Source: Desulfocapsa sulfexigens DSM 10523
Lineage (GTDB): Bacteria; Desulfobacterota; Desulfobulbia; Desulfobulbales; Desulfocapsaceae
Direction: 5' to 3'
Length of the DNA stretch: 32,000 bases
NCBI RefSeq assembly: GCF_000341395.1
Contig: NC_020304.1
Location: 1,500,001 to 1,532,000 of the forward strand
In this document: positions 16,964 through 25,407 of the stretch, piece after piece
Position numbering within the stretch: position 1 is the first letter of the stretch
Layout of the letters: the number at the start of each line of letters is the position of its first letter
The notes under the pieces: generated by a model
What the model saw: only the letters and a program-made list of their open reading frames with translations
Databases searched by the model: none
Told to the model about the DNA's origin: nothing
Program-made: the position numbers and the translations under genes

Positions 16964-17746
16964 ATGGAGAAAAGTAAAACGTATCTGGGAGTGGAAATAA
17001 AACGACCCAGGACCGCCTTTTTTGAGTTGTCATCCTGTGAGGGCTGCCAGTTACAGATTCTCAATAAAGAGGCCAGCCTCCTGAATTTTCTTGATCTTCT
17101 TGAGATTGTCAATTTCCGCGAAGCGATGTCCAATGGGAGCGATGATTACGAGATAGCTTTTGTGGAGGGCAGTGTAACCAGAGCCGATGAAGAAGAGAGA
17201 CTTCTGAAGATCCGGAAACAGGCAACAACTCTTGTAGCTCTCGGATCCTGTGCCTGCTTTGGCGGAGTGAACCAACTGAAAAATCGTTTTCATGACCTGG
17301 AGTGGGTAAAAAATGAGGTCTATGGGGGCCATCCCATAGAGACTCAGGAGGTAAGACCTCTGTCGGACTTTGTTATAGTTGATCTCTCAATATACGGCTG
17401 TCCAATCAAAAAAGAAGAAGTGGAAGAGATCGTCACTAATCTGGTGCTTGGTAAATCAATTGACCATCCACGCTATCCCGTCTGCATGGAATGTACGGCA
17501 AATGGCAACATCTGTCTCTTCAACCTGGGTGAACCATGCCTTGGGCCAGTAACCAGGGCTGGCTGTGATGCCTGGTGCCCAAATAACCGCATGGGTTGCT
17601 GGGGGTGCCGTGGACCTTCCGATGAGGCCAATTTCAGCCAGCTTCAGGAGATCATGGACAGCCACAACATCCCCAGGCAGGCCATGCTTGATCGACTCGA
17701 ATGTTTTGGTGGTTTCAGCAGTGCAATCAGGGAAATGGAAAAATAA
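16964..17746 (+). CDS. NiFe hydrogenase small (delta) subunit
   Basis: 260 aa. It has NuoB-like Cys motifs (SSCEGCQ, GSCACFGG) and a Cys-rich C-terminal region (CMECTANGNICLFNLGEPCLGPVTRAGCDAWCP...CWGCRGP). Confidence 0.85.
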   Translation: MEKSKTYLGVEIKRPRTAFFELSSCEGCQLQILNKEASLLNFLDLLEIVNFREAMSNGSDDYEIAFVEGSVTRADEEERLLKIRKQATTLVALGSCACFGGVNQLKNRFHDLEWVKNEVYGGHPIETQEVRPLSDFVIVDLSIYGCPIKKEEVEEIVTNLVLGKSIDHPRYPVCMECTANGNICLFNLGEPCLGPVTRAGCDAWCPNNRMGCWGCRGPSDEANFSQLQEIMDSHNIPRQAMLDRLECFGGFSSAIREMEK

Positions 17747-17757
17747 ACGAGGCGATC

Positions 17758-19038
17758 ATGGGTGAATCAATAAGCTGCGATATCAATATCAACCATCTGA
17801 CCAGAGTCGAGGGGCACGGTAACATCCGGATTCGCATTAAAAACGGGAAGGTGGAAAATGCAAGTTGGGATGTGGTGGAGACCCCACGCTTTTTTGAGGC
17901 CATTCTGGTGGGAAAACATTGGGAGAATGCGCCTATCCTTTGTGGGCGTATCTGCGGGATATGCTCCATCGGCCACACACTGGCATCCATAAGGGCTGTT
18001 GAAAATGCCTTTGCCATGGTTCCCAGTCTGCAGACTCAAAGACTCCGGCTACTGCTCAAGCATATGGAGACGTTACAAAGTCATATCCTCCACCTCTACT
18101 TCCTGGTAGCTCCTGACTTTCTTGGCACAGACAGTGTGCTCGAACTTATAAAACCTCATGGTGATGAAGTACAACGGGCGGCCAGGCTTAAGTTGCTGGC
18201 CAATGACGGTGGTGACTTGATAGGTGGCCGCAGACTCCATCCAACCAGAACCGTTGTGGGTGGCTTTACCATGCTACCCGATCGCATAAAACTGGCAACC
18301 CTCAGGCAACGTCTCCATGCTGCACTGGCCGACCTCAACAAGACAGCAGAGCTCTTTGGCTCCTTTGCCATCCCAGATTTTACCCGAGAGACCGAGTTTG
18401 TTTCCCTGAAAAGCGATGGCAATTACCCTTTTATCGGTGGACAACTGGTCTCCAGTGACGGAGTGCTCAGAGAGGAAGAGGAGTACCTGACCATGAGTAA
18501 TGAATATATGGTCAGTCATTCCACTTCTAAATGGAGCAAACTCTCAAGACCAAGCCTGGCAGTGGGTGCTCTGGCCAGGATAAATAACAACTTTGCCAGC
18601 CTTCACCCTCATGCTCAGGATATTGCCAATAATTTAGGCCTCCACCCGGTCAGTCACAACCCATTTATGAACAATGTTGCACAGCTTGTGGAATGTGTTC
18701 ATGTTGTTCAGGATTCAATTTCACTTATTGACGAGTTGCTGGGGAGTGAGTGGCAGGAGCCTCGCCAAACTGTCACACCGAGGGCAGGTGCGGGAACTGG
18801 AGCCGTGGAAGTTCCCCGGGGAATTCTCTATCACTGGTATCAGTTTGACAAGGATGGTCGAATCACCAGGGCTGATTGCGTCATCCCCACCAGTCAGAAT
18901 AACGCCAATATTCACTACGATATCATTGCTCTTGCGCAGAAACTTGCCGCCCAGGGTAAGGACGATCAGGAAATTCGTTTGCTGGCCGAGATGCTTGTCC
19001 GATCCTATGATCCCTGCATTTCCTGCTCGGTTCATTAA
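17758..19038 (+). CDS. NiFe hydrogenase large (alpha) subunit
   Basis: ATG at 17758 has GAGG about 6 nt upstream. The track start at 17701 overlaps the small-subunit gene. The N-terminal Ni-binding motif is RICGICSIGH (RxCGxCxxxH) and the C-terminal motif is DPCISCSVH (DPCxxCxxH), followed directly by the stop. Confidence 0.9.
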   Translation: MGESISCDININHLTRVEGHGNIRIRIKNGKVENASWDVVETPRFFEAILVGKHWENAPILCGRICGICSIGHTLASIRAVENAFAMVPSLQTQRLRLLLKHMETLQSHILHLYFLVAPDFLGTDSVLELIKPHGDEVQRAARLKLLANDGGDLIGGRRLHPTRTVVGGFTMLPDRIKLATLRQRLHAALADLNKTAELFGSFAIPDFTRETEFVSLKSDGNYPFIGGQLVSSDGVLREEEEYLTMSNEYMVSHSTSKWSKLSRPSLAVGALARINNNFASLHPHAQDIANNLGLHPVSHNPFMNNVAQLVECVHVVQDSISLIDELLGSEWQEPRQTVTPRAGAGTGAVEVPRGILYHWYQFDKDGRITRADCVIPTSQNNANIHYDIIALAQKLAAQGKDDQEIRLLAEMLVRSYDPCISCSVH

Positions 19039-19122
19039 TAAATTACGGTTGTGTATCCAATGCTGGCATAATTCAGACACCTGTCGATGGCGATTGTAAA
19101 TAACAGTGATTCAGTGTTCAAT

Positions 19123-19163
19123 AAAAAAAACCTCCAGGCTATCGATGAGATACCCTGAAGGTT
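19123..19163 (-). terminator. Rho-independent terminator of cassette B
   Basis: Same stem and U8 tract as at 13797-13837. Confidence 0.8.
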
Positions 19164-19204
19164 CTTATGCGGGACAACATCCCAAAGAATTGTTTACTTT
19201 TTTC

Positions 19205-19504
19205 CTACTTTGAAGCTGTAACCTTTGCAGGGGCCTTGTTTACATATTTAAAGAATACGGGGAAGGCGACAAAGAAGGCCACACAGAGCAGGTATTCAAT
19301 ACCTTTGATATGAGTGTAGTAGTCAACCAGAGTATGCAGAGGCTTTACCATTCCTATTGCCACCATATACTGTCCGGCAAGCTCACTTACTGACCAACCA
19401 ACCGATGAAAGAGCACTGGTAAGGGCTGCGCCAACCCAGAGACACATGATTGAACCGGCTGCGAGAAGTATTCTTGATCCTGTTTTTGATGTATTTTGTT
19501 TCAT
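19205..19504 (-). CDS. Small membrane protein (99 aa), duplicate of 13879-14178
   Basis: The protein is identical to copy A. There is one synonymous difference, at 19280. Confidence 0.7.
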   Translation of the reverse strand: MKQNTSKTGSRILLAAGSIMCLWVGAALTSALSSVGWSVSELAGQYMVAIGMVKPLHTLVDYYTHIKGIEYLLCVAFFVAFPVFFKYVNKAPAKVTASK

Positions 19505-19547
19505 GGTAGTGTCCTTATCTGTATATGTTAATTTTAGAAAGAGTGTA

Positions 19548-19742
19548 TCAGCCGATAACTGCGGTCAGGTATCCTTTAACAACATTCAAAGGTCCCATGC
19601 TTATCATTGCGCTTGCAAGACAGGCAAATCCCCAGATTCCAACAAGGGCAGCCATGGTCATTCCAGCACCAAGTGCAAATGAAGAAGTTTCGTATCCAGC
19701 TTTAACTTGAGTAGCAGTTGTGGTTTGAGTGTTTGTAGTCAT
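19548..19742 (-). CDS. Small membrane protein (64 aa), duplicate of 14222-14416
   Basis: It is identical to copy A except Pro51 instead of His51 (19591). Confidence 0.7.
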   Translation of the reverse strand: MTTNTQTTTATQVKAGYETSSFALGAGMTMAALVGIWGFACLASAMISMGPLNVVKGYLTAVIG

Positions 19743-19800
19743 GGTGTCCTCCGTATGGGTTTGATCTAGCTAAGTTTTTCTTTTCTTTGCCCTCTATGTA

Positions 19801-19815
19801 GCAGCAACCATGCCA
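19801..19815 (-). promoter_or_regulatory. Sigma54-type promoter of cassette B
   Basis: Identical sequence to 14475-14489. Confidence 0.6.
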
Positions 19816-20149
19816 GTTTTTGTTTTTCTTGCTGTGCTTTTGTGGAAACAAGTGCAAAGTACTGGTATAACACTGTATTTGTGAGTGGCGTTGCTGGAAA
19901 TCTCTTGCGACACTTGTGTGTTCCGGTAGTGTGGTAAAACTCGGAACTGTAGTTTTGGGACGAGAATGTGTAGTTTAAATTCTACGGTTGTGTTGCAGGT
20001 CTTGCGGATAGGTGTGGCAACGAGAAGTAATTTGTTTATTTTATTGCATTACTGTTTTTTTTAGGAAATACATTTCAGTTATCAGATCTTCGATTAGAGA
20101 ATGATTTTGATCGTCTTGAAGAATCACCTTAAACAAGGAGAAAGAAAAA

Positions 20150-21598
20150 ATGTCTAAAGCTGATATCGGCCTGATCGGACTGGCTGTTATGGGACAGAAT
20201 CTGGTGCTGAACATCAACGACCACGACTTTACGGCGTCCGTGTATAACCGTACAATATCGAAGGTGGATTCCTTTCTGGATGGTCGTGCCAGGGGGACAA
20301 ATGTCATTGGCGCCCATTCAATTGAAGAGTTGGTCGGCACGCTCAAAAAACCGCGTCGGGTAATGCTGATGGTCAAGGCAGGAGCTGTGGTTGACTCCTT
20401 TATTGAACAGTTGGTGCCATATCTTGAGACAGGTGACATTATTATTGATGGTGGGAATTCACTCTATAGTGATACCAACCGCCGCAGCACTACTCTTGCT
20501 GAAAATGGTATCCTTTATATAGGCACTGGCATTTCCGGTGGTGAAGAGGGGGCCCGCAAGGGGCCATCCATAATGCCGGGTGGCAATCCCGAGGCATGGC
20601 CCCATGTGAAGGATATCTTTCAGGCCATCGCCGCCAAAGTCGATGGGCAGCCATGCTGTGACTGGGTTGGTGAGGGAGGAGCCGGACATTTTGTGAAGAT
20701 GGTGCATAATGGCATCGAATATGGTGATATGCAGCTTATTTGTGAGGCCTACGATTTTATGCGTCGGGGACTTGGAATGAGTGAAGAGAGCATGCAGAAG
20801 GTGTTTTCCCGTTGGAATAAGGGACTGCTCGATTCCTACTTGATAGAGATCACGTCCCATATTCTGGGCTTCAAGGATGACGATGGTATACCTTTAACAG
20901 AAAAGATTCTTGATACCGCAGGCCAGAAAGGTACCGGGAAATGGACCGGGATAAATGCCCTTGATCTGGGTATTCCCCTTACCCTGATCAGTGAAGCGGT
21001 ATTTGCCCGCTGTCTCTCTGCAATGAAACCGGAACGGGTAAAGGCGGCTGCCATTTTCAAGGGACCAGTTCCTGGTTTTACAGGTGATACAGACGAGTTG
21101 GTCAATGACGTACATGATGCCCTGTATGCTGCTAAGATAATTTCCTACGCCCAGGGGTACATGCTGCTGAGGGAAGCAGCAAAGGAACATGGCTGGAATT
21201 TAAACTACGGCAGCATTGCCCTTATGTGGAGAGGCGGCTGTATTATCCGCAGTGCCTTTCTTGCCAATATTAAACAGGCCTTTGATGCAAATCCAGATCT
21301 GGAAAATTTGCTGCTGGACGACTTTTTTCGTTCTGCTATTCAGTCAGCTCAGGCGGGATGGCGCAGAATTGCGGTTAAGGCCATCGAATTTGGTATTCCA
21401 ATTCCGGCCATTTCCTCAGGTCTTTCTTATTATGACGGCTATCGCAGTGAGCGTTTACCGGCTAACCTCCTTCAGGCCCAGCGGGATTATTTTGGAGCAC
21501 ATACCTATGAGCGGATAGATCAGCCTCGTGGTGATTTTTTTCACACCGACTGGATCGGGAGTGGCGGAAAGGTATCCTCAACTACTTATACTGTCTAG
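20150..21598 (+). CDS. gnd: 6-phosphogluconate dehydrogenase (decarboxylating)
   Basis: 482 aa. It has the N-terminal Rossmann motif IGLIGLAVMGQNLVLN and the conserved blocks GGNSLYSDT, GISGGEEGARKGPSIMPGG, HFVKMVHNGIEYGDMQLI and AQRDYFGAHTYER. Confidence 0.95.
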   Translation: MSKADIGLIGLAVMGQNLVLNINDHDFTASVYNRTISKVDSFLDGRARGTNVIGAHSIEELVGTLKKPRRVMLMVKAGAVVDSFIEQLVPYLETGDIIIDGGNSLYSDTNRRSTTLAENGILYIGTGISGGEEGARKGPSIMPGGNPEAWPHVKDIFQAIAAKVDGQPCCDWVGEGGAGHFVKMVHNGIEYGDMQLICEAYDFMRRGLGMSEESMQKVFSRWNKGLLDSYLIEITSHILGFKDDDGIPLTEKILDTAGQKGTGKWTGINALDLGIPLTLISEAVFARCLSAMKPERVKAAAIFKGPVPGFTGDTDELVNDVHDALYAAKIISYAQGYMLLREAAKEHGWNLNYGSIALMWRGGCIIRSAFLANIKQAFDANPDLENLLLDDFFRSAIQSAQAGWRRIAVKAIEFGIPIPAISSGLSYYDGYRSERLPANLLQAQRDYFGAHTYERIDQPRGDFFHTDWIGSGGKVSSTTYTV

Positions 21599-21625
21599 TT
21601 ATAAACAAATTTTAAGGAGGACAGG

Positions 21626-21721
21626 ATGGGTAGGATCATTCTAAGAATAATTTTAAATATTTTATTCTTTTCGATGGTTCTTGCTACTGATAACGGTCTT
21701 GTCTGTGTCAAAGGTAGGTAA
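21626..21721 (+). CDS. Possible small hydrophobic peptide (31 aa)
   Basis: Not in the ORF track because it is under 60 aa. AAGGAGG lies 5 nt upstream of the ATG. The product is MGRIILRIILNILFFSMVLATDNGLVCVKGR, with stop TAA at 19719+2002=21719-21721. No other support. Confidence 0.3.
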   Translation: MGRIILRIILNILFFSMVLATDNGLVCVKGR

Positions 21722-21840
21722 AGTGTAAAAGAACCAGAAGCGTGAGGTTTTAGCTGTTTATATTGACAGACTTTCCAGAAACACTTGTTGCAAGGGGACA
21801 ATAGGTGTTGCTGGACCCTTCATGCTCACAAGGATAAGAA

Positions 21841-23307
21841 ATGACAAAATATGATTATGATATTGCTGTGATTGGTGGTGGTGCAGCGGGACTGACCGTT
21901 AGTGCGGGAGCAGCTCAACTCGGGGCTAAAACACTCATCATTGAAAAAGAATCGGCCCTGGGAGGTGACTGCCTTCATTATGGTTGTGTGCCCTCAAAAA
22001 CCCTGGTCAAATCGGCACATGTATATCACACCATGCAGCGGGCCACAGATTTTGGTTTGCCGGGAATCGAATTGCCACCCGTTGATTTCACAAAAGTTGC
22101 GGCCCGTATCAAATCCGTGATAGAAAAGATTCAAGTCCATGATTCGGTGGAGAGATTCTGTAAACTGGGAGCTAAGGTGGAATTTGGTGCGCCCAGGTTT
22201 GTTGATGAGCATGCGGTGGAACTCAACGGTAAAAGGGTCTCTGCCAAACACTGGGTGGTGGCCACGGGTTCCTCATCGTCAACGCCTCCCTTTCCTGGCC
22301 TTGAGAGTACGCCCTATATAACCAATAAGGAAATCTTCTCCCTGGCCTCTCTGCCAAAATCGCTCATTGTTTTGGGTGCAGGTCCCATTGCAGTTGAGAT
22401 GGCCCAGGCTTTTTCCCGATTGGGAAGCGAAGTGACCGTGATCCAGCGTTCAGACCAGATCCTCAGTAAAGAAGATAAGGATATGGCAGATATTGCCATG
22501 GTAGCCATGAAGGATGAGGGCGTTCGTTTTTATCTGGGAGCCAGTATCAAACAGATAAAAGATCTGGGTAATGAACGACAGGTTGAAATCACCGATGCCA
22601 ATGGAGAGGATGTGACTCTCAAAGCATCGACGCTTCTGGTGGCTCTCGGGCGGCAACCTAACATAGAAGGTCTTGGTCTTGAAGAGATAGGAGTTGAAAT
22701 GACCAGGAAAGGGATTGTGGTGGACAACCGTATCCGCACTAACCATTCACATATCTATGCTCCCGGCGATATTAATGGTGCTTACCAATTCACTCATGCT
22801 GCAGGATATGAAGGGGGCATTGTGGTGAGCAATGCTATTTTTCATCTACCACGTAAGGCCGATTATACCTGGATGCCATGGGCCACTTATTGTGATCCGG
22901 AACTTGCATCCATTGGCATGAATGAAAAGGCAGCTAAGGCAGCTGGAATCGACTACCAGATCTGGACGGAGAACTTTGCAGATAATGATCGGGCTCTGGC
23001 TGAAGATGAGGGCCGTGGCAGGATCAAAATGATACTCGATGCTTCTGAAAAACCACTTGGTGTTCAGATAGTTGGTCCTAGAGCCGGAGATCTGCTGGGT
23101 GAATGGATTGCCATCTTAAACGGCAAGGTGAAGCTCTCGACACTTGCGGGTGCCATCCATCCTTATCCGACTCTGGTGGAGATCAACAAGCGGGTTGCGG
23201 GAACATACTTTTCGCCTAAGATCTTTTCACCAACCATCAAAAAAGGATTAAAATTCTTCTTTAATCTCAAAGGAGCCGCCTGCGATCCATCATCGGATAT
23301 CCGTTGA
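21841..23307 (+). CDS. Pyridine nucleotide-disulfide oxidoreductase (dihydrolipoyl dehydrogenase / mercuric reductase-like family)
   Basis: 488 aa. It has the FAD motif VIGGGAAG, the redox-active disulfide GGDCLHYGCVPSK, the NAD motif VLGAGPIAVEMA and a C-terminal dimerisation-domain pattern (HPYPT). It lacks a metal-binding N-domain and a C-terminal Cys pair, so I do not call it MerA. Confidence 0.85.
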   Translation: MTKYDYDIAVIGGGAAGLTVSAGAAQLGAKTLIIEKESALGGDCLHYGCVPSKTLVKSAHVYHTMQRATDFGLPGIELPPVDFTKVAARIKSVIEKIQVHDSVERFCKLGAKVEFGAPRFVDEHAVELNGKRVSAKHWVVATGSSSSTPPFPGLESTPYITNKEIFSLASLPKSLIVLGAGPIAVEMAQAFSRLGSEVTVIQRSDQILSKEDKDMADIAMVAMKDEGVRFYLGASIKQIKDLGNERQVEITDANGEDVTLKASTLLVALGRQPNIEGLGLEEIGVEMTRKGIVVDNRIRTNHSHIYAPGDINGAYQFTHAAGYEGGIVVSNAIFHLPRKADYTWMPWATYCDPELASIGMNEKAAKAAGIDYQIWTENFADNDRALAEDEGRGRIKMILDASEKPLGVQIVGPRAGDLLGEWIAILNGKVKLSTLAGAIHPYPTLVEINKRVAGTYFSPKIFSPTIKKGLKFFFNLKGAACDPSSDIR

Positions 23308-23323
23308 GAGGAGGAGAGGATTT

Positions 23324-24019
23324 ATGAATACAAACCTCATTAAGAAAATAGCAATGGTGGTTGCAGGAGCTGTTCTGGTGGCCATTTTTTTTGGACTGGA
23401 TCTCCAGCAGTATCTGACTCTTGATTATCTGAAAGAGTCCCAGGCACGTTTTGCAGATTTGTATCATGCAAAGCCAGTTCTGGTGATCGGTGCCTATATG
23501 GTGATTTATATCCTGATGACTGCGCTTTCTCTGCCGGGTGCTGTTATCCTTACTCTGGCGGGTGGGGCCCTCTTTGGGTTTGTCACAGGGCTTATTGTGG
23601 TCTCATTTGCCTCTACCATAGGTGCTACCCTTGCCTGTTTTGTGGCTCGTTTTGTACTACGTGACTGGGTGCAGAAAAAGTTTGGAGACAAACTCGGCAC
23701 TATTAATGAAGGGATTGCCAGAGAAGGAGCCTTTTACCTCTTTACTCTGCGTCTGATCCCGGTTTTTCCCTTCTTTGTTATTAATCTGGTTATGGGGTTG
23801 ACCAGAATGTCGCTCCTCACTTTTTACTGGGTCTCTCAAATTGGGATGCTGGCCGGGACGGCTGTCTTTGTTAATGCCGGAAAGGAATTGGCTAAAATTG
23901 ACTCGTTGTCAGGGATCCTCTCTCCGGGGGTGCTCGGTTCCTTTGTTATTCTTGGGTTGTTTCCTTTAGTTGTTAAAAAAGTGGTTACCTTTATCCAAGG
24001 GAGAAAAAATGAAACATAA
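23324..24019 (+). CDS. TVP38/TMEM64 (DedA/SNARE-associated-like) membrane protein
   Basis: 231 aa and multi-TM, with the pattern LPGAVILTLAGGALFG...LRLIPVFPFFVINLVMGLT typical of the family. This family is commonly found next to, or fused with, the upstream type of flavoprotein. Confidence 0.8.
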   Translation: MNTNLIKKIAMVVAGAVLVAIFFGLDLQQYLTLDYLKESQARFADLYHAKPVLVIGAYMVIYILMTALSLPGAVILTLAGGALFGFVTGLIVVSFASTIGATLACFVARFVLRDWVQKKFGDKLGTINEGIAREGAFYLFTLRLIPVFPFFVINLVMGLTRMSLLTFYWVSQIGMLAGTAVFVNAGKELAKIDSLSGILSPGVLGSFVILGLFPLVVKKVVTFIQGRKNET

Positions 24020-24107
24020 ACCAGGAAATGACTCTATAATTTGGTTCGAAGAGTATGGAGACAGGCTGTGCCGATGGTCAGAGTACATGTCAACGACGCT
24101 GATGCTT

Positions 24108-24674
24108 TCAGCTTTTAGGTAAATAATTTTTCATGATTTCATAAATAGCAGGTCGATTTTCCCGTATCTCATCCGCGCTCAAACCTTCCAGTGAATGAGG
24201 GTATTTAAGCCAGTCTGCGGTTTCGTGTACAGTATAATCCGGTGCCTTGCCTGTCTGATTACGAGATGGCTTGTAATAGGGTACGGCAATGCGGATATCT
24301 TCAGGAGTGTTTAAGCGTAATCTGCGTTGTAATTCATTGATAATGGCTTCAACCGAGCGGCCCGTGTCAAAGACATCGTCTACAATCAAGAGCCGATCGC
24401 TGTGTTGAAGGTTTTTTACCAGATAGTTGAGTCCAAACAGCTTTATTTCACGTGTTTTATTGTCAATCCCACTGTAGGAGGAGGTACGGATTGCGATATT
24501 GTCAGATACTATGCCGTGAAAAGCCAGAAACTCCTGAACGGCGATACCTATGGGGACCCCGCCACGCCATACGGCGATGATAAACGTGGGCCGAAAGCCA
24601 CTATCAAGGATCTGACGACCAAGCTTAAAGGAATCTTCCAGCAGACCCTGGGCGGTGAGGTAGACTTTATCCAT
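24108..24674 (-). CDS. Type-I phosphoribosyltransferase (purine PRTase-like)
   Basis: 188 aa, with the PRPP-binding motif LLIVDDVFDTGRS. Confidence 0.8.
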   Translation of the reverse strand: MDKVYLTAQGLLEDSFKLGRQILDSGFRPTFIIAVWRGGVPIGIAVQEFLAFHGIVSDNIAIRTSSYSGIDNKTREIKLFGLNYLVKNLQHSDRLLIVDDVFDTGRSVEAIINELQRRLRLNTPEDIRIAVPYYKPSRNQTGKAPDYTVHETADWLKYPHSLEGLSADEIRENRPAIYEIMKNYLPKS

Positions 24675-24834
24675 TGCTAACCTTAAAGTTTTCTTATCGA
24701 AGGCTCATTCATCCTGTAACCACTGTAAATATCTATTTTATACAAGTAATGTTCTAAAAAGGGTATCTTAAAAGCCATGATTCTACTGTGTAATAACGAA
24801 CTTTTTCTGGAGAGTATTATCCAAGGGCGAATGT

Positions 24835-25407
24835 ATGAACAAAATTTTTCTTGATGAAGAAACCCTGATTCTCGATTCCTTCAAACTGGGAGTGCAGGTT
24901 TTTGAAAGCGGCTTTCGGCCCACGTTTATCGTGGGACTGTGGCGGGGAGGCAGTTCCGTTGCCATTTATGTTCAGGAATGTCTGCAGACGCTGGGGGTGG
25001 AGACAAATCATATCTCACTTCGTACATCCTATCGCGGCCAGCCCTCTTATCAGGAGGCGGTCGCAGCGGCTAATGCTGAGATAAGGGTTCACGGTACCCA
25101 GTATCTTCTTGAAAACCTCAACGCTGACGATGCGCTGCTGCTGGTAGACGATGTCTTCAGCACCGGTAAAAGTATAGAAGCAGTCATAAACCGGTTGAGC
25201 CGTCATCTGAAACGCAATATGCCCAGGGAGGTCAAGATTGCCACTCTCTGGGATAGACCTTCTTTCAGGGAATCTGAGATAGATCCGGATTTCTACCAGC
25301 ATCGAACGGAGGACTGGCTGGTTTTTCCTTACGAAATGAGTGGTCTCACAATGGATGAAATCCAGGAGCACAAACCTTTTCTTGTCCCATTCCTGCAGAA
25401 TGGTTGA
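24835..25407 (+). CDS. Type-I phosphoribosyltransferase paralogue, first gene of the kinase/cyclase operon
   Basis: 190 aa, with the PRPP motif LLLVDDVFSTGKS. It aligns with the divergent neighbour over its full length, roughly 35-45% identical by eye. Its stop, TGA at 25405-25407, overlaps the TTG at 25404 of the next ORF. Confidence 0.8.
   Translation: MNKIFLDEETLILDSFKLGVQVFESGFRPTFIVGLWRGGSSVAIYVQECLQTLGVETNHISLRTSYRGQPSYQEAVAAANAEIRVHGTQYLLENLNADDALLLVDDVFSTGKSIEAVINRLSRHLKRNMPREVKIATLWDRPSFRESEIDPDFYQHRTEDWLVFPYEMSGLTMDEIQEHKPFLVPFLQNG

Larger units (their letters stand above)
19099..20018. repeat. Direct repeat copy B (0.92 kb), partner at 13773-14692
   Basis: See copy A. Positions 19099-19840 are near-identical to the partner and 19841-20018 are diverged. 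Confidence 0.95.

Noticed and set aside
17701-17757. Upstream start (17701) for the hydrogenase large subunit
   Set aside because: It overlaps the end of the small-subunit gene. The ATG at 17758 has a GAGG SD and yields the usual short N-terminus before the RxCGxCxxxH motif.
17758-19038. Selenocysteine (NiFeSe) hydrogenase or an in-frame TGA
   Set aside because: The C-terminal motif is DPCISCSVH with ordinary Cys codons and no in-frame TGA, so this is a standard NiFe enzyme.
24675-24834. Purine riboswitch or other leader RNA between the divergent PRTase genes
   Set aside because: I read both strands and saw none of the conserved purine-riboswitch core sequences or a three-way junction. It is only an AT-rich divergent promoter region.
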